Below are positions 41,325-50,795 of a stretch of DNA of 64,000 bases, piece by piece. The notes beneath the pieces are model-generated. The model saw only the letters and a list, made by a program, of their open reading frames with translations. It ran no database searches and was not told the origin of the DNA. Numbering within the stretch: the stretch's first letter is position 1; each line of letters opens with the position of its first letter. Source of the DNA: an uncultured Spirochaetota bacterium (GTDB lineage: Bacteria > Spirochaetota > Brevinematia > Brevinematales > JAOACQ01); the NCBI GenBank assembly GCA_963783575.1, contig CAWAOD010000018.1, positions 32,001-96,000 of the forward strand. The letters are read 5' to 3'. The position numbers and the translations under genes were made by a program.

Positions 41325-41673
41325 TAATCCTGATTCAGGTATGACGTTTTCAAAATATCTATGACCATTGATTAATTTTATTATAATTGATAAAATATTG
41401 TAAATTTAATATTATGGAAGCGCCATACAAATTATTTATTTTATATTATTTCTTGTAATTTCCATTTTTTCAATTGATACTATAGATACTATATTACTAA
41501 GTAGTGTCTTTTTATTTCATATTTATAATATTAAAACAATTAATTATGATTATGAGTTTTATTTGATTTTCAGAAATATTCAGACATAGCAATTATTTTG
41601 TAAATACTTAAAATATTTAGTTATGAAAATCCGCAAATCCAAAACCTATATCTTTGAATTTAGGAGCATTTTT

Positions 41674-42678
41674 ATGTCCGAAAAAACTATAGCTATTATT
41701 GGAGCGACTGGAGCAATCGGCAGAGAAATGATCAGAACCTTGGAAAGAAGGAAATTTCCGGTAAAAGAATTGAGGCTATTTGCTCAAGGGAATACTAATG
41801 ATAAATTTATGAAATTTGAAAATGAAGATATTATTGTTGAGGAATTAAACGAAAATTCTTTTCAAAAACAAGGAATAGATATAGCTCTTTTCTCGGCAGG
41901 CAGCTTGGTTAGTGCAAAATATTGTCGGAAAGCCGCTGATTTTGGATCTACCGTCATTGATAATTCAAATGCCTGGAGGATGGATGTAAATGTACCGCTG
42001 ATTGTACCCGAAGTCAATCCTGAAGATATAAATAATCATAATGGAATAATAGCAAACCCGAATTGTTCAACAATCCAGATGGTGGCTACATTAAAACCTC
42101 TTCATGATTTCGGCAATATTAAAAAAATAATTGTTTCTACATATCAATCTGTTTCAGGGGCCGGGCAAAAAGGTATTGACGAATTATGGGACCAGACAAA
42201 AGATATTATGGAAGGGAAAAATATTAAAATTTCCAAATTCCCAAAACAAATAGCATATAACCTTATTCCCCAGGTTGATGTTTTTATGGATAATTATTAT
42301 ACAAAAGAAGAGATGAAAATCGTCAATGAAACTGCAAAGATACTCCATTCTAAAGACATACAGATAACTGCTACCTGTGTCAACGTACCCGTACTCAGAA
42401 GTCATGGTGAAAGTATTTATGTGGAAACAGAAAGGAAAATTTCAAGAAATAAAGCCATTGAATTATTCTCCCAATTTCCAAATCTTGTCGTTATGGATAA
42501 TAAGGAAAGCATGATTTATCCTACTCCTGTCGAAGCAGAAGATAATTTTGAAACCTATGTCGGCAGGATCAGGGAAGATCTTTCCCATCCCAGAGCACTT
42601 AATTTCTGGGTCGTGGCCGATAACATCCTGAAGGGAGCAGCATCAAACGCAGTACAAATTGCGGAACTTCTTATTTAA
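41674..42678 (+). CDS. asd: Aspartate-semialdehyde dehydrogenase
   Basis: GATGA.G, DNS.AWRM, VPEVN, ANPNCST, TYQSVSGAG, DN..KGAA.NAVQ. Confidence 0.96.
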   Translation: MSEKTIAIIGATGAIGREMIRTLERRKFPVKELRLFAQGNTNDKFMKFENEDIIVEELNENSFQKQGIDIALFSAGSLVSAKYCRKAADFGSTVIDNSNAWRMDVNVPLIVPEVNPEDINNHNGIIANPNCSTIQMVATLKPLHDFGNIKKIIVSTYQSVSGAGQKGIDELWDQTKDIMEGKNIKISKFPKQIAYNLIPQVDVFMDNYYTKEEMKIVNETAKILHSKDIQITATCVNVPVLRSHGESIYVETERKISRNKAIELFSQFPNLVVMDNKESMIYPTPVEAEDNFETYVGRIREDLSHPRALNFWVVADNILKGAASNAVQIAELLI

Positions 42679-42696
42679 TAAGCGTGCCGCTTATCT
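42675..42696 (-). repeat. Dispersed palindrome, empty covariant copy (minus strand AGATAAGCGGCACGCTTATTAA)
   Basis: Stem TAAGCG/CGCTTA, loop GCA; abuts the asd stop codon. Confidence 0.75.
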
Positions 42697-42776
42697 GATA
42701 TGGACAGATCGTGACAAATATATTTCCGGCAAGAAGTTGGCAAATCGTAATAATATATTAGAGATTTTGAAAAATA

Positions 42777-43052
42777 TTAAGAAAGCTGTTTTAATAATAA
42801 TTTTTGTGCTTCCTGAGCAGTTATCATCTCTTTTATTTCAATATCATCATAATATTTACTCCAGGAATTAAATTTTTTTTCAAACTCATTCCTGTCGATT
42901 GCTTCCCATATACTGAAACCAATGGCAGGATCATTTTTAAGACAATATGTATCACCTCTGATAGAACTTCTATCCAATTCACCTTTTTGCAATTTCTGCC
43001 CGAATTCCGGCATTTTACTGATGTTTACCTTTACTTTAACCTGAAATAACAT
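42777..43052 (-). CDS. Conserved hypothetical small protein
   Basis: 91-aa ORF with RBS GGAGG; downstream of the ECF sigma gene. Confidence 0.7.
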   Translation of the reverse strand: MLFQVKVKVNISKMPEFGQKLQKGELDRSSIRGDTYCLKNDPAIGFSIWEAIDRNEFEKKFNSWSKYYDDIEIKEMITAQEAQKLLLKQLS

Positions 43053-43173
43053 GGTTTCCCTCCATTTATTATAAATTTTCCAGACCTTTTTTCAGAATTT
43101 CAACTATGACCCATCTTCTGCCTGCCTGAAGCCTATCAAATATTGTATTATATTAGATACAAAAAAAATGGAG

Positions 43174-44016
43174 TTATTTCACTTTTGACCGGGAAAAAAT
43201 GAGAGAATATTTTTGAGTAATCGACTTTTGAATAGATTGAAAAAAATCCGGCGGGAGATCTTGATCCGGTATGCTTTGATAAAGCAAAACTATTTTTTTT
43301 AGATTATTTATTTCATTTTCAATTTTGTGTATAATTGAATCCATTTCATAATTTGATCGATGCGGTTGATATTTTTGAATCCAATTCTTCTTTAAGGAAA
43401 AATCAATAAGATTTTCACAATTACATCTATTGTTTTTATTATATAATGAACAATTATTACATAAAAAATCTTTAATATTTAACCTTGCCCTGTGAACTAA
43501 AGTCCGTGCAGCACTTTTTGTTTTATTTAAAATAACAGAGATATCTTTTATGGGAATATTAAATAATGTGTGAAAAATAAAGGCTGTCCTCTGGTTAAAT
43601 GAAAGACAGCGCAAAAGGCCCAACAGGCAGCCTTCTTTTACCTGTTCAATATAAAACTTTTTTTCTATTTTTGAATATGGGGCATTCAACTCAATTTTTT
43701 CCGGGTTTGAAGAAACATTATTTATCAAATCTTCCATCAAACTTCTTCTTTTATTTTGCTGAAACCGGAATGATAAGTTTTTAGCAATAGCAAATATCCA
43801 AGTAAAAATATGGCTGTCTTCCTTAAAACTGCTTATATTGTTAAACACCTGAATCAAAGTGTCCTGAGTTATATCCCTTGCATCTTCTTTATTACCAGTT
43901 ATTTTAAAAGCAAGATTATATATCTTCTTACCATATAATTCATATAATAATTTAAAACCATTTTCAGATTTATTCTTTAACTGAAGAACCAATTTTTCCT
44001 GATCTTTTAAATCCAT
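43174..44016 (-). CDS. ECF RNA polymerase sigma factor with Cys-rich C-terminal extension
   Basis: DA.DITQD, F.WIF.IA.N (region 2); VHRAR (region 4); GCL.GLL.CL and CNNCSL....RCNC. Confidence 0.85.
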   Translation of the reverse strand: MDLKDQEKLVLQLKNKSENGFKLLYELYGKKIYNLAFKITGNKEDARDITQDTLIQVFNNISSFKEDSHIFTWIFAIAKNLSFRFQQNKRRSLMEDLINNVSSNPEKIELNAPYSKIEKKFYIEQVKEGCLLGLLRCLSFNQRTAFIFHTLFNIPIKDISVILNKTKSAARTLVHRARLNIKDFLCNNCSLYNKNNRCNCENLIDFSLKKNWIQKYQPHRSNYEMDSIIHKIENEINNLKKIVLLYQSIPDQDLPPDFFQSIQKSITQKYSLIFSRSKVK

Positions 44017-44270
44017 ATATTCCTTATGTTTTATAATAGTTAATTTATTATTTTACTAAATTTATTTTATAAAACACTTATGTTATTGTCAAAGAAAAAA
44101 ATACTAGAAAATATATATTTAAATAACTTAATATATTATTTAATACCAATAAGATAATAATATTTATGTTAAATAAATGTAAAAATTATTAATTAATAAT
44201 TAAACAATAATCTAACATAAAAATACAATTTAAAATTATTAAGGATAATAAAGAAAAAAAGGAGGCTGTT

Positions 44271-44612
44271 ATGCAGTCAAGCGTTAATGTAATCGTTGTT
44301 GAAGGTGGAGTTGTACGTGACCCTGAGTTGAAGTACACTTCCGATGGCTTGGCTTATACCAAGTTTAGCGTTGCGAATTCAAGTATCTCCTACAAAAACG
44401 GAGAAAAAGGCGAGGAGGTCAGTTATTTTGACATCAGCGCCTGGGGCAAATTAGCCGAAGTCTGCGCAACATATCTGAAAAAGGGTAAAAAAATAATTGT
44501 TTCTGGCAAGCTGAAACAATCCCGCTGGAAAGCCGAGGATGGAAAATCGAAAAGCGCAATTAAAATTATTGCCCAGGATATTAAATTTCTTCCCTTCCAT
44601 AAAAAAGCCTAA
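44271..44612 (+). CDS. ssb: Single-stranded DNA-binding protein (OB fold only, no acidic tail)
   Basis: N.....G..VRDPE.KYT..G, F.VA, WGKLAE.C..YL.KG....V.GKLKQ.RW. Confidence 0.9.
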   Translation: MQSSVNVIVVEGGVVRDPELKYTSDGLAYTKFSVANSSISYKNGEKGEEVSYFDISAWGKLAEVCATYLKKGKKIIVSGKLKQSRWKAEDGKSKSAIKIIAQDIKFLPFHKKA

Positions 44613-44615
44613 TGG

Positions 44616-44654
44616 AAAACCGGGTTTTGCAATTATTGCAAACCCGGTTTTTTT
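44616..44654 (+). terminator. Terminator hairpin after ssb
   Basis: AAAACCGGGTTTTGCAAT/ATTGCAAACCCGGTTTT followed by a T-run. Confidence 0.8.
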
Positions 44655-44754
44655 ATTTAGGTTAATTATAGTAGTATAATAAGGCCGCATCTATATTTTT
44701 ATTATATTAATAATAAGTATTTGTATATTGATTAATAATCAAACATAATGTTTG

Positions 44755-46710
44755 TTAAAGCTGGATTTCTGTCTGTAAAGAATATGTAGATTTTTCGGTA
44801 ATATTACCAGAAGAATCCGATTGAAAATATTTCTTGTAATTAATTCCAACATAAGCTCCATCAGCTATCTGATAGAATATCTGGGTTGTAACTACAGCTC
44901 CGTTGCCAAAAAAATTGTTAAACAAAGTTGTAAAATCAAAATCTTTCTTGTCATAAGATATCGAACCGTATGCTTTTTTAAAGAGACATTTATTAATGCT
45001 TGCTTCAATATGCAGAAAATTAACAGAGTTCGTTGAAAATACAATTGGATAATACTGCTGATACCCTAAAGAAAGACTACCGATACCTTCAAAATTTTTT
45101 CCAATTTCAAAAAGCCAGCCGTTATAATCATTTGTTGAATCGGTAACCAACGCCAGATATTCTTCTTCTTTATCTATATCATAATATTTATCCACATAAT
45201 TCGGAATAAAGCCATCCTTTATATAACGGTATTCTGCCTTATAATCAAATATTGCGATAGTTCCTTTAAACCCTCCGGTAATCCCTAATCCTTTCTGATA
45301 AACATTGGTTTCCAGAACCGAGTCGGAATATCCGAGCGTTGCACCATCCGAATATAAAGTTGAGCTTAAAAATTGGTTCTGTAATATCGGCAGATCAATA
45401 TCCGTACCATATCCGTATACTTTTCTCTTCCCGTCCTCCAGAGGATCCAAATCTGTAAAACCTGAAAAGCCCAAACCCAGATTTCCAAAGAAAGGAACAC
45501 TATAGAAAGGCCTTACAAAAAGCCTTCCTCCCATTAATTTTGTAAGAAAAACATCGCCCATCATGGATTCAAAGCCAGCGGCGCCGAAATCTACATTTAA
45601 CTGGAATCCGACTTTCCGCAATGCAGGGAATTGAAGATCGTTTGCATATTTATCGATCATAAATCCATGACCAATGGTGATGCTGGGTATTGTTCCAATA
45701 TTCAAAAGGATATTTTTATTTTGATACTGAATAAATTTAATTTTTAATAGGAGATCATGAGCCGAATCCTGCCATGAGGTAAAATCCCATTCATTATTGT
45801 TATACCATTTGTTTGGATAAAAAACATCATCCAGATTATGATAGTAAATAGGCAGATATAAACCGAACGAAAAGTCTCCGAATTTGAAAGCAGGATCAAA
45901 TAATATTTTATTCCAGACACTATTATCGATTGATTCTGCACTGACAGACCAGTTAATACCCTCATCACTGCAAGCTTTTTCTGTTTTACCTGGTTTTTCA
46001 GTCTTAGCCGGATTTTCTACAGGTGCCGGAACAGGTTGAACAGGGGTTTGCGGCTTTATTTCTTCTGGTTTAACTGGAGCCTTATAATCACTGTCAAATT
46101 CTTTAATCTGATCTATTGATGCGGCTTCAGGAATAGATGGTGCATCACCCGGGTTAATCGGGAGCTTTGTCAAAAAACCTTCTTTGACTAAAACAGGCTG
46201 AAGTTTTTCAAGGGAATCAAAAACAGCTACAGCTCCTTCACTCACAACCAGGGAACCTCCCTGATCAGGATAAAATGACACACCAAACCTGGTACCCCTA
46301 ACAGCAGCCACAGCAGTCTGCGTTTCTACCCTGAAGTCCTGATTATCTGACTTTTTGACTTTTGCAAATATTTTACCCATTAATAAAGAGATAACACTTC
46401 TTTTTTTATTATTGTAATCTTGCATAATATTACCGATTTTTACACTTGAAAGACCAATAATGTTGACCGATGATCCATCTGGGAAATCCAATTCCAAATT
46501 ATCATTTTTGCCGCTAACCCGAACATCCGCGGTTTCCGGTATTTTATCGCCATACTTTAGTACCTGCCAATCTCCATCGCCGACTTTGTATTCACAAGTA
46601 CCTATAAATGGGCCTACTGTTACAGTATTATTGGTTTCCTGGGCATATATATTTTTTGATGATAAAAAACAAATTATTAAAAGAGGCAATAGTACTTTTA
46701 TGTAATTCAT
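44755..46710 (-). CDS. FecR-domain protein fused to probable outer-membrane beta-barrel
   Basis: Signal peptide; F.DGS, V.T.TAVAAVRGT.F.V (FecR); Pro-rich linker; barrel-like C-terminal region with TIGHG....Y.N. Confidence 0.7.
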   Translation of the reverse strand: MNYIKVLLPLLIICFLSSKNIYAQETNNTVTVGPFIGTCEYKVGDGDWQVLKYGDKIPETADVRVSGKNDNLELDFPDGSSVNIIGLSSVKIGNIMQDYNNKKRSVISLLMGKIFAKVKKSDNQDFRVETQTAVAAVRGTRFGVSFYPDQGGSLVVSEGAVAVFDSLEKLQPVLVKEGFLTKLPINPGDAPSIPEAASIDQIKEFDSDYKAPVKPEEIKPQTPVQPVPAPVENPAKTEKPGKTEKACSDEGINWSVSAESIDNSVWNKILFDPAFKFGDFSFGLYLPIYYHNLDDVFYPNKWYNNNEWDFTSWQDSAHDLLLKIKFIQYQNKNILLNIGTIPSITIGHGFMIDKYANDLQFPALRKVGFQLNVDFGAAGFESMMGDVFLTKLMGGRLFVRPFYSVPFFGNLGLGFSGFTDLDPLEDGKRKVYGYGTDIDLPILQNQFLSSTLYSDGATLGYSDSVLETNVYQKGLGITGGFKGTIAIFDYKAEYRYIKDGFIPNYVDKYYDIDKEEEYLALVTDSTNDYNGWLFEIGKNFEGIGSLSLGYQQYYPIVFSTNSVNFLHIEASINKCLFKKAYGSISYDKKDFDFTTLFNNFFGNGAVVTTQIFYQIADGAYVGINYKKYFQSDSSGNITEKSTYSLQTEIQL

Positions 46711-46732
46711 ACTTCCCTCCAATTAGTCGGTA

Positions 46733-48100
46733 CTAGAAATTGATCTTTGTGCTAACGCTCGTTGTATTAAATGACTGAACATTGCCATTCTCATCAACCT
46801 GAAAACTCCTTTTGTAATTAATACTAATGGCAAGATTTTCAGTTATATAATAATCCACATTAAAGGATAAAACCGAATTTTCATTGTCTATATATAAGAT
46901 GTCAGAAAAAGATGTCAGATTTTTCCTTGTCCAGGAAAGCTCTATACCCAATCGTTTGATCAAATCCCTTGATAATCCGAAAGTTAAGGTTAACATTGGC
47001 TTTGAATCCACCGCAAAGCTGTTCTCAATTTTTAAAAGCCCGTACAATTTATTATCAAAAACCGATATACCGGTATTAAACATCCATCCGATATCGCCAT
47101 TGGTTATTTCATCAAGGCTGTCATATTTAATAGACCTTTCCGAATCATAATAGACATCAAAATAATTGGGAACAAATTTTGGCTGTATAAATCTCATTTC
47201 CATTTGATATGGTATTATGTTAACAATACTTCCTCCAAAGCCCAATGCTTCACCTGTCCCTTTTCCGTTTATTCCGGCAAAATCGATATATGAACGCAAT
47301 GTGAAAGCAGGAATATTTACAATAGGTAGATCAACATCTCCGCCAAATACTGTTACCGTTTGACCGCTGCTTGAAACTGTAAAATCATATGGATTATCCG
47401 CCGGTGGTGCCGGAATCTGAGGATCAAGATCGGCAGCGACGGTAACCCCGATTTCCAGATTCTTGACAACCGGAACATCAAGATCTAAAAGCGGCCTGCC
47501 GTACATTCTTATACCAAGAATATCAAAAGTAAATAAATTATCAGCCATTGCCTCGAATCCGAATCTGTTCAAATCAAGGTCAAAAGCAAGACCGATTTTT
47601 TTGATCACTGGATAATTAAGCATATTTGAAAAACGATTTACTATAAAGCCATTCCCTAATATAAAATCATTTATTCCACCGATTTTCGCATAAACTGGAT
47701 CCCCCTTAATCCCATAGCGGATATACATAATCTTTGATAATACCGCCTGCCAGGAATTCCATTCGGTAATTCTAAAATTACCATCTGCATCAAATTCAAA
47801 ATTAATATCCAGGCCTATCCCAAATTTACCAAACGTTAATTCCGGTTGAAAACGGATTGAGTTAAAATTTGTCCCATCGATTGTCATAGTCCCGAATTGA
47901 AGCCCCATACCGAAATTCGGAGCAGACGGTTGTGCCGGATTATTCTGCATTTGCTGATTTTGATTAGAAGAACCGGTATTTTGCTGTTCCTGATTATTGG
48001 CGGGTGCATTGGTATCGGATGTGATATTTTGTGAAAATGTTATCGAATAAAATAAGAAAAAAAGGACAAAAATATATACTGATTTTATTTCCATAATCAT
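46733..48100 (-). CDS. Probable outer-membrane beta-barrel protein, paralog of the neighbour's C-terminal region
   Basis: Signal peptide; KI.YI.Y, LG.GF....F.N, G.R...RP, F.PNY.D.YYD shared with 44755-46710; C-terminal Phe. Confidence 0.65.
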   Translation of the reverse strand: MIMEIKSVYIFVLFFLFYSITFSQNITSDTNAPANNQEQQNTGSSNQNQQMQNNPAQPSAPNFGMGLQFGTMTIDGTNFNSIRFQPELTFGKFGIGLDINFEFDADGNFRITEWNSWQAVLSKIMYIRYGIKGDPVYAKIGGINDFILGNGFIVNRFSNMLNYPVIKKIGLAFDLDLNRFGFEAMADNLFTFDILGIRMYGRPLLDLDVPVVKNLEIGVTVAADLDPQIPAPPADNPYDFTVSSSGQTVTVFGGDVDLPIVNIPAFTLRSYIDFAGINGKGTGEALGFGGSIVNIIPYQMEMRFIQPKFVPNYFDVYYDSERSIKYDSLDEITNGDIGWMFNTGISVFDNKLYGLLKIENSFAVDSKPMLTLTFGLSRDLIKRLGIELSWTRKNLTSFSDILYIDNENSVLSFNVDYYITENLAISINYKRSFQVDENGNVQSFNTTSVSTKINF

Positions 48101-48391
48101 AACCTCCAAATGTTACAATTTAATTAAATGAATATTGAATAAACATGATAACTTGTTATAAAGAAATTTCAAGAAATTACTTTATTAATGTAAATTTATT
48201 TACCTATAATATAATACTAATTATCAATGAAAAACAAGAAATATCAATAACAATCTAATTAAATATATACTTTATCTGAGATTCAATCTCGTTGATTAAT
48301 AAAGTAATTCATTGTATAATTAAGTTGTAATGATTAATCCCAAGTTGATTTTATTAATAAAGTATAATGTTTTTTTAACATAGGAAAAAAT

Positions 48392-50200
48392 ATGTCTTAT
48401 AAACAATACATAAGAAATTTTTCTATAATCGCGCATATTGATCATGGTAAATCCACTTTGGCTGACAGGATTCTTGAATACACTGGCGTGACGGATAAAA
48501 CTAAACCTGTTGAACAGATTCTTGATTCTATGGAAGTGGAAAAAGAGCATGGAATCACTGTTAAAGCTCATACTGTATCTGTTCCTTTCAAGGCTAAAGA
48601 CGGCGGGGATTACATTTTAAATCTGATAGACACCCCGGGGCATGTAGATTTTTCATACGAAGTATCCCGCAGTCTTGGGGCATGCGAGGGTGTACTGCTT
48701 CTCATTGATGCTTCACAGGGGGTTCAGGCCCAGACATTGTCAAATTTTTATCTTGCAGTAGACCAGAACCTGGTAATAATTCCTGTGATCAATAAAATCG
48801 ATCTTCCGAGTGCACATATAGATATGACGAAAGAACAAATAGAAAAAGATCTTGGACTTGACCCGGAAGAGTCATTACAGATTAGCGCTAAATCCGGAAT
48901 CGGAATTGTTGATGTTCTGGAATCGCTTGTTAATAAGATCCCGGAGCCTGAAGGTAATGAAGAAAACCGGCTTAAAGCCCTTGTTTTTGATTCATACTAC
49001 GATATTTATAGGGGAGTAATTGTAAAAGTCAGGGTTTTTGAGGGAAAAGTAAAGCATGGCGATGCTATTTCATTCATGCTATCAAACCGTGAATATCAGG
49101 TTGAAGAAGTGGGTTTTATGAGGATGAAACTCCTGAAAAGGGATGAATTGCGTGCCGGAGAAGTCGGATACATTATTGCGGGTATTAAATCAGTATCAGA
49201 ATTTGGCGTCGGCGATACTATAACCAGTAAAGAACACCCATGTGACCAGCCCCTTGCAGGCTACAAACCTCCCAAGCAGTATGTTTTCGCAGGTCTTTTC
49301 CCGATTGACGGCAAGGATTTTGACGAACTTCATGAAGCATTGTTCAAGTTAAAACTTAATGATGCTTCGCTATCTTTCCAGAAATGGAATTCTGGCGCTC
49401 TAGGAATGGGCTTTAAATGCGGTTTCCTGGGATTACTGCATCTTCAGATCATACAGGAGAGGCTTGAAAATGAATTCGGTCTTAACATCATATCGACCGT
49501 ACCATCAGTAGAATACAAAATTAGACTGACTAATAAAGAAACTATCTATATAGAAAACGCAACAGAGCTTCCGGACACTTCCAGCATTATGAAGATAGAA
49601 GAGCCAATTGTAAGTGCAAGAATAATACTTCCTAATGAATTCCTCGGTTCTATTCTTCAGCTTATTCAGGACAGAAGGGGTGTTCAGAAAAATATGATCT
49701 ATATCGATTCAACGCGTGTTGAAATATCCTGCGAGCTTCCGCTGGCTGAAATAATTTACGACTTTTACGATAAACTCAAATCATTTTCAAGAGGCTACGC
49801 ATCATTCGATTACGAATTTCTCGAATTCAGGGAAAGCGATGTTGTAAGAATGGAGATACTGGTTAATGGAAGCCCTGTAGATGCTTTATCACAAATGGTC
49901 CATAAAGACACATCATATAACAGAGCCAGGGAGGTATGTGAAAAATTGAGGGAGTTGATCCCACAACACCTCTTCCAGATTGCTATTCAGGCCTCAATCG
50001 GCAGCAAGATCATTGCACGGGAAACAATCAAAGCATTGAGAAAAGATGTAACAGCAAAATGCTATGGAGGCGATATCACCAGAAAAAGAAAGCTTCTGGA
50101 AAAACAGAAAGAGGGGAAAAAGAGAATGAAAACAATCGGTAATGTCGATATACCACAGGAAGCCTTTATCGAAGTTCTTAAAAGAGGGGAAGATGAATAA
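48392..50200 (+). CDS. lepA: Elongation factor 4
   Basis: IRNFSIIAHIDHGKSTLADR, DTPGHVDFSYEVSRSL, KCYGGDITRKRKLLEKQK. Confidence 0.98.
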   Translation: MSYKQYIRNFSIIAHIDHGKSTLADRILEYTGVTDKTKPVEQILDSMEVEKEHGITVKAHTVSVPFKAKDGGDYILNLIDTPGHVDFSYEVSRSLGACEGVLLLIDASQGVQAQTLSNFYLAVDQNLVIIPVINKIDLPSAHIDMTKEQIEKDLGLDPEESLQISAKSGIGIVDVLESLVNKIPEPEGNEENRLKALVFDSYYDIYRGVIVKVRVFEGKVKHGDAISFMLSNREYQVEEVGFMRMKLLKRDELRAGEVGYIIAGIKSVSEFGVGDTITSKEHPCDQPLAGYKPPKQYVFAGLFPIDGKDFDELHEALFKLKLNDASLSFQKWNSGALGMGFKCGFLGLLHLQIIQERLENEFGLNIISTVPSVEYKIRLTNKETIYIENATELPDTSSIMKIEEPIVSARIILPNEFLGSILQLIQDRRGVQKNMIYIDSTRVEISCELPLAEIIYDFYDKLKSFSRGYASFDYEFLEFRESDVVRMEILVNGSPVDALSQMVHKDTSYNRAREVCEKLRELIPQHLFQIAIQASIGSKIIARETIKALRKDVTAKCYGGDITRKRKLLEKQKEGKKRMKTIGNVDIPQEAFIEVLKRGEDE

Positions 50201-50795
50201 TATCGTACTGGCAAGCGCTTCTATTGGCAGAAAAAAACTCTTTCAAAATTATTTCACCCAATTCATAACTAGTGTTTCAAACATAGATGAAAGCAGGGTA
50301 AAAACCGGTGATCCTTACGAATTAACAAAAAAACTGGCTTTTTTAAAGGCGAAATCCATATCCAGATTTTATCAGGATGATTTTGTGATCGGTCTTGATA
50401 CAGTAGTCTTTTGTGAGGGGAAAATTGTCGGTAAGCCTATTAATAAAGAAGAAGCAATTGGAATCCTGAAATTTTTAAGCGGAAAAAAGCAGTCGGTTGT
50501 TACGGGATTTTGTATACTTAACCAGCAGTTGGGGGTTTCGATAAACGAATACTACGAAACTATTTTACTATTCAGGGAGTTAAGCGATTTATTCATCAGC
50601 GATTATGTAAAAAACAACCCGGTTACAAAGTTTGCCGGCGCTTATGCCGCTCAGGACCAGGATGAATTCATCACCTTAATCGAAGGTGATGTTGAGAACG
50701 TAATCGGCGCACCGATGAAAAGGATCATCTCCTGCCTGAAGAATTATCCGATCCCTCATTCAATTTTCAAGAAAAATGCCTTCCTCCCAAATTAA
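50193..50795 (+). CDS. maf: Maf-family nucleoside triphosphate pyrophosphatase
   Basis: IVLASAS..R, IDE, LA..KA, DTVV, GKP, AGAY, NVIG.P. Confidence 0.9.
   Translation: MNNIVLASASIGRKKLFQNYFTQFITSVSNIDESRVKTGDPYELTKKLAFLKAKSISRFYQDDFVIGLDTVVFCEGKIVGKPINKEEAIGILKFLSGKKQSVVTGFCILNQQLGVSINEYYETILLFRELSDLFISDYVKNNPVTKFAGAYAAQDQDEFITLIEGDVENVIGAPMKRIISCLKNYPIPHSIFKKNAFLPN

Noticed and set aside
44017..44270. Replication origin in AT-rich intergenic tracts (also 41325-41670)
   Set aside because: No DnaA-box cluster seen and no dnaA/dnaN nearby.
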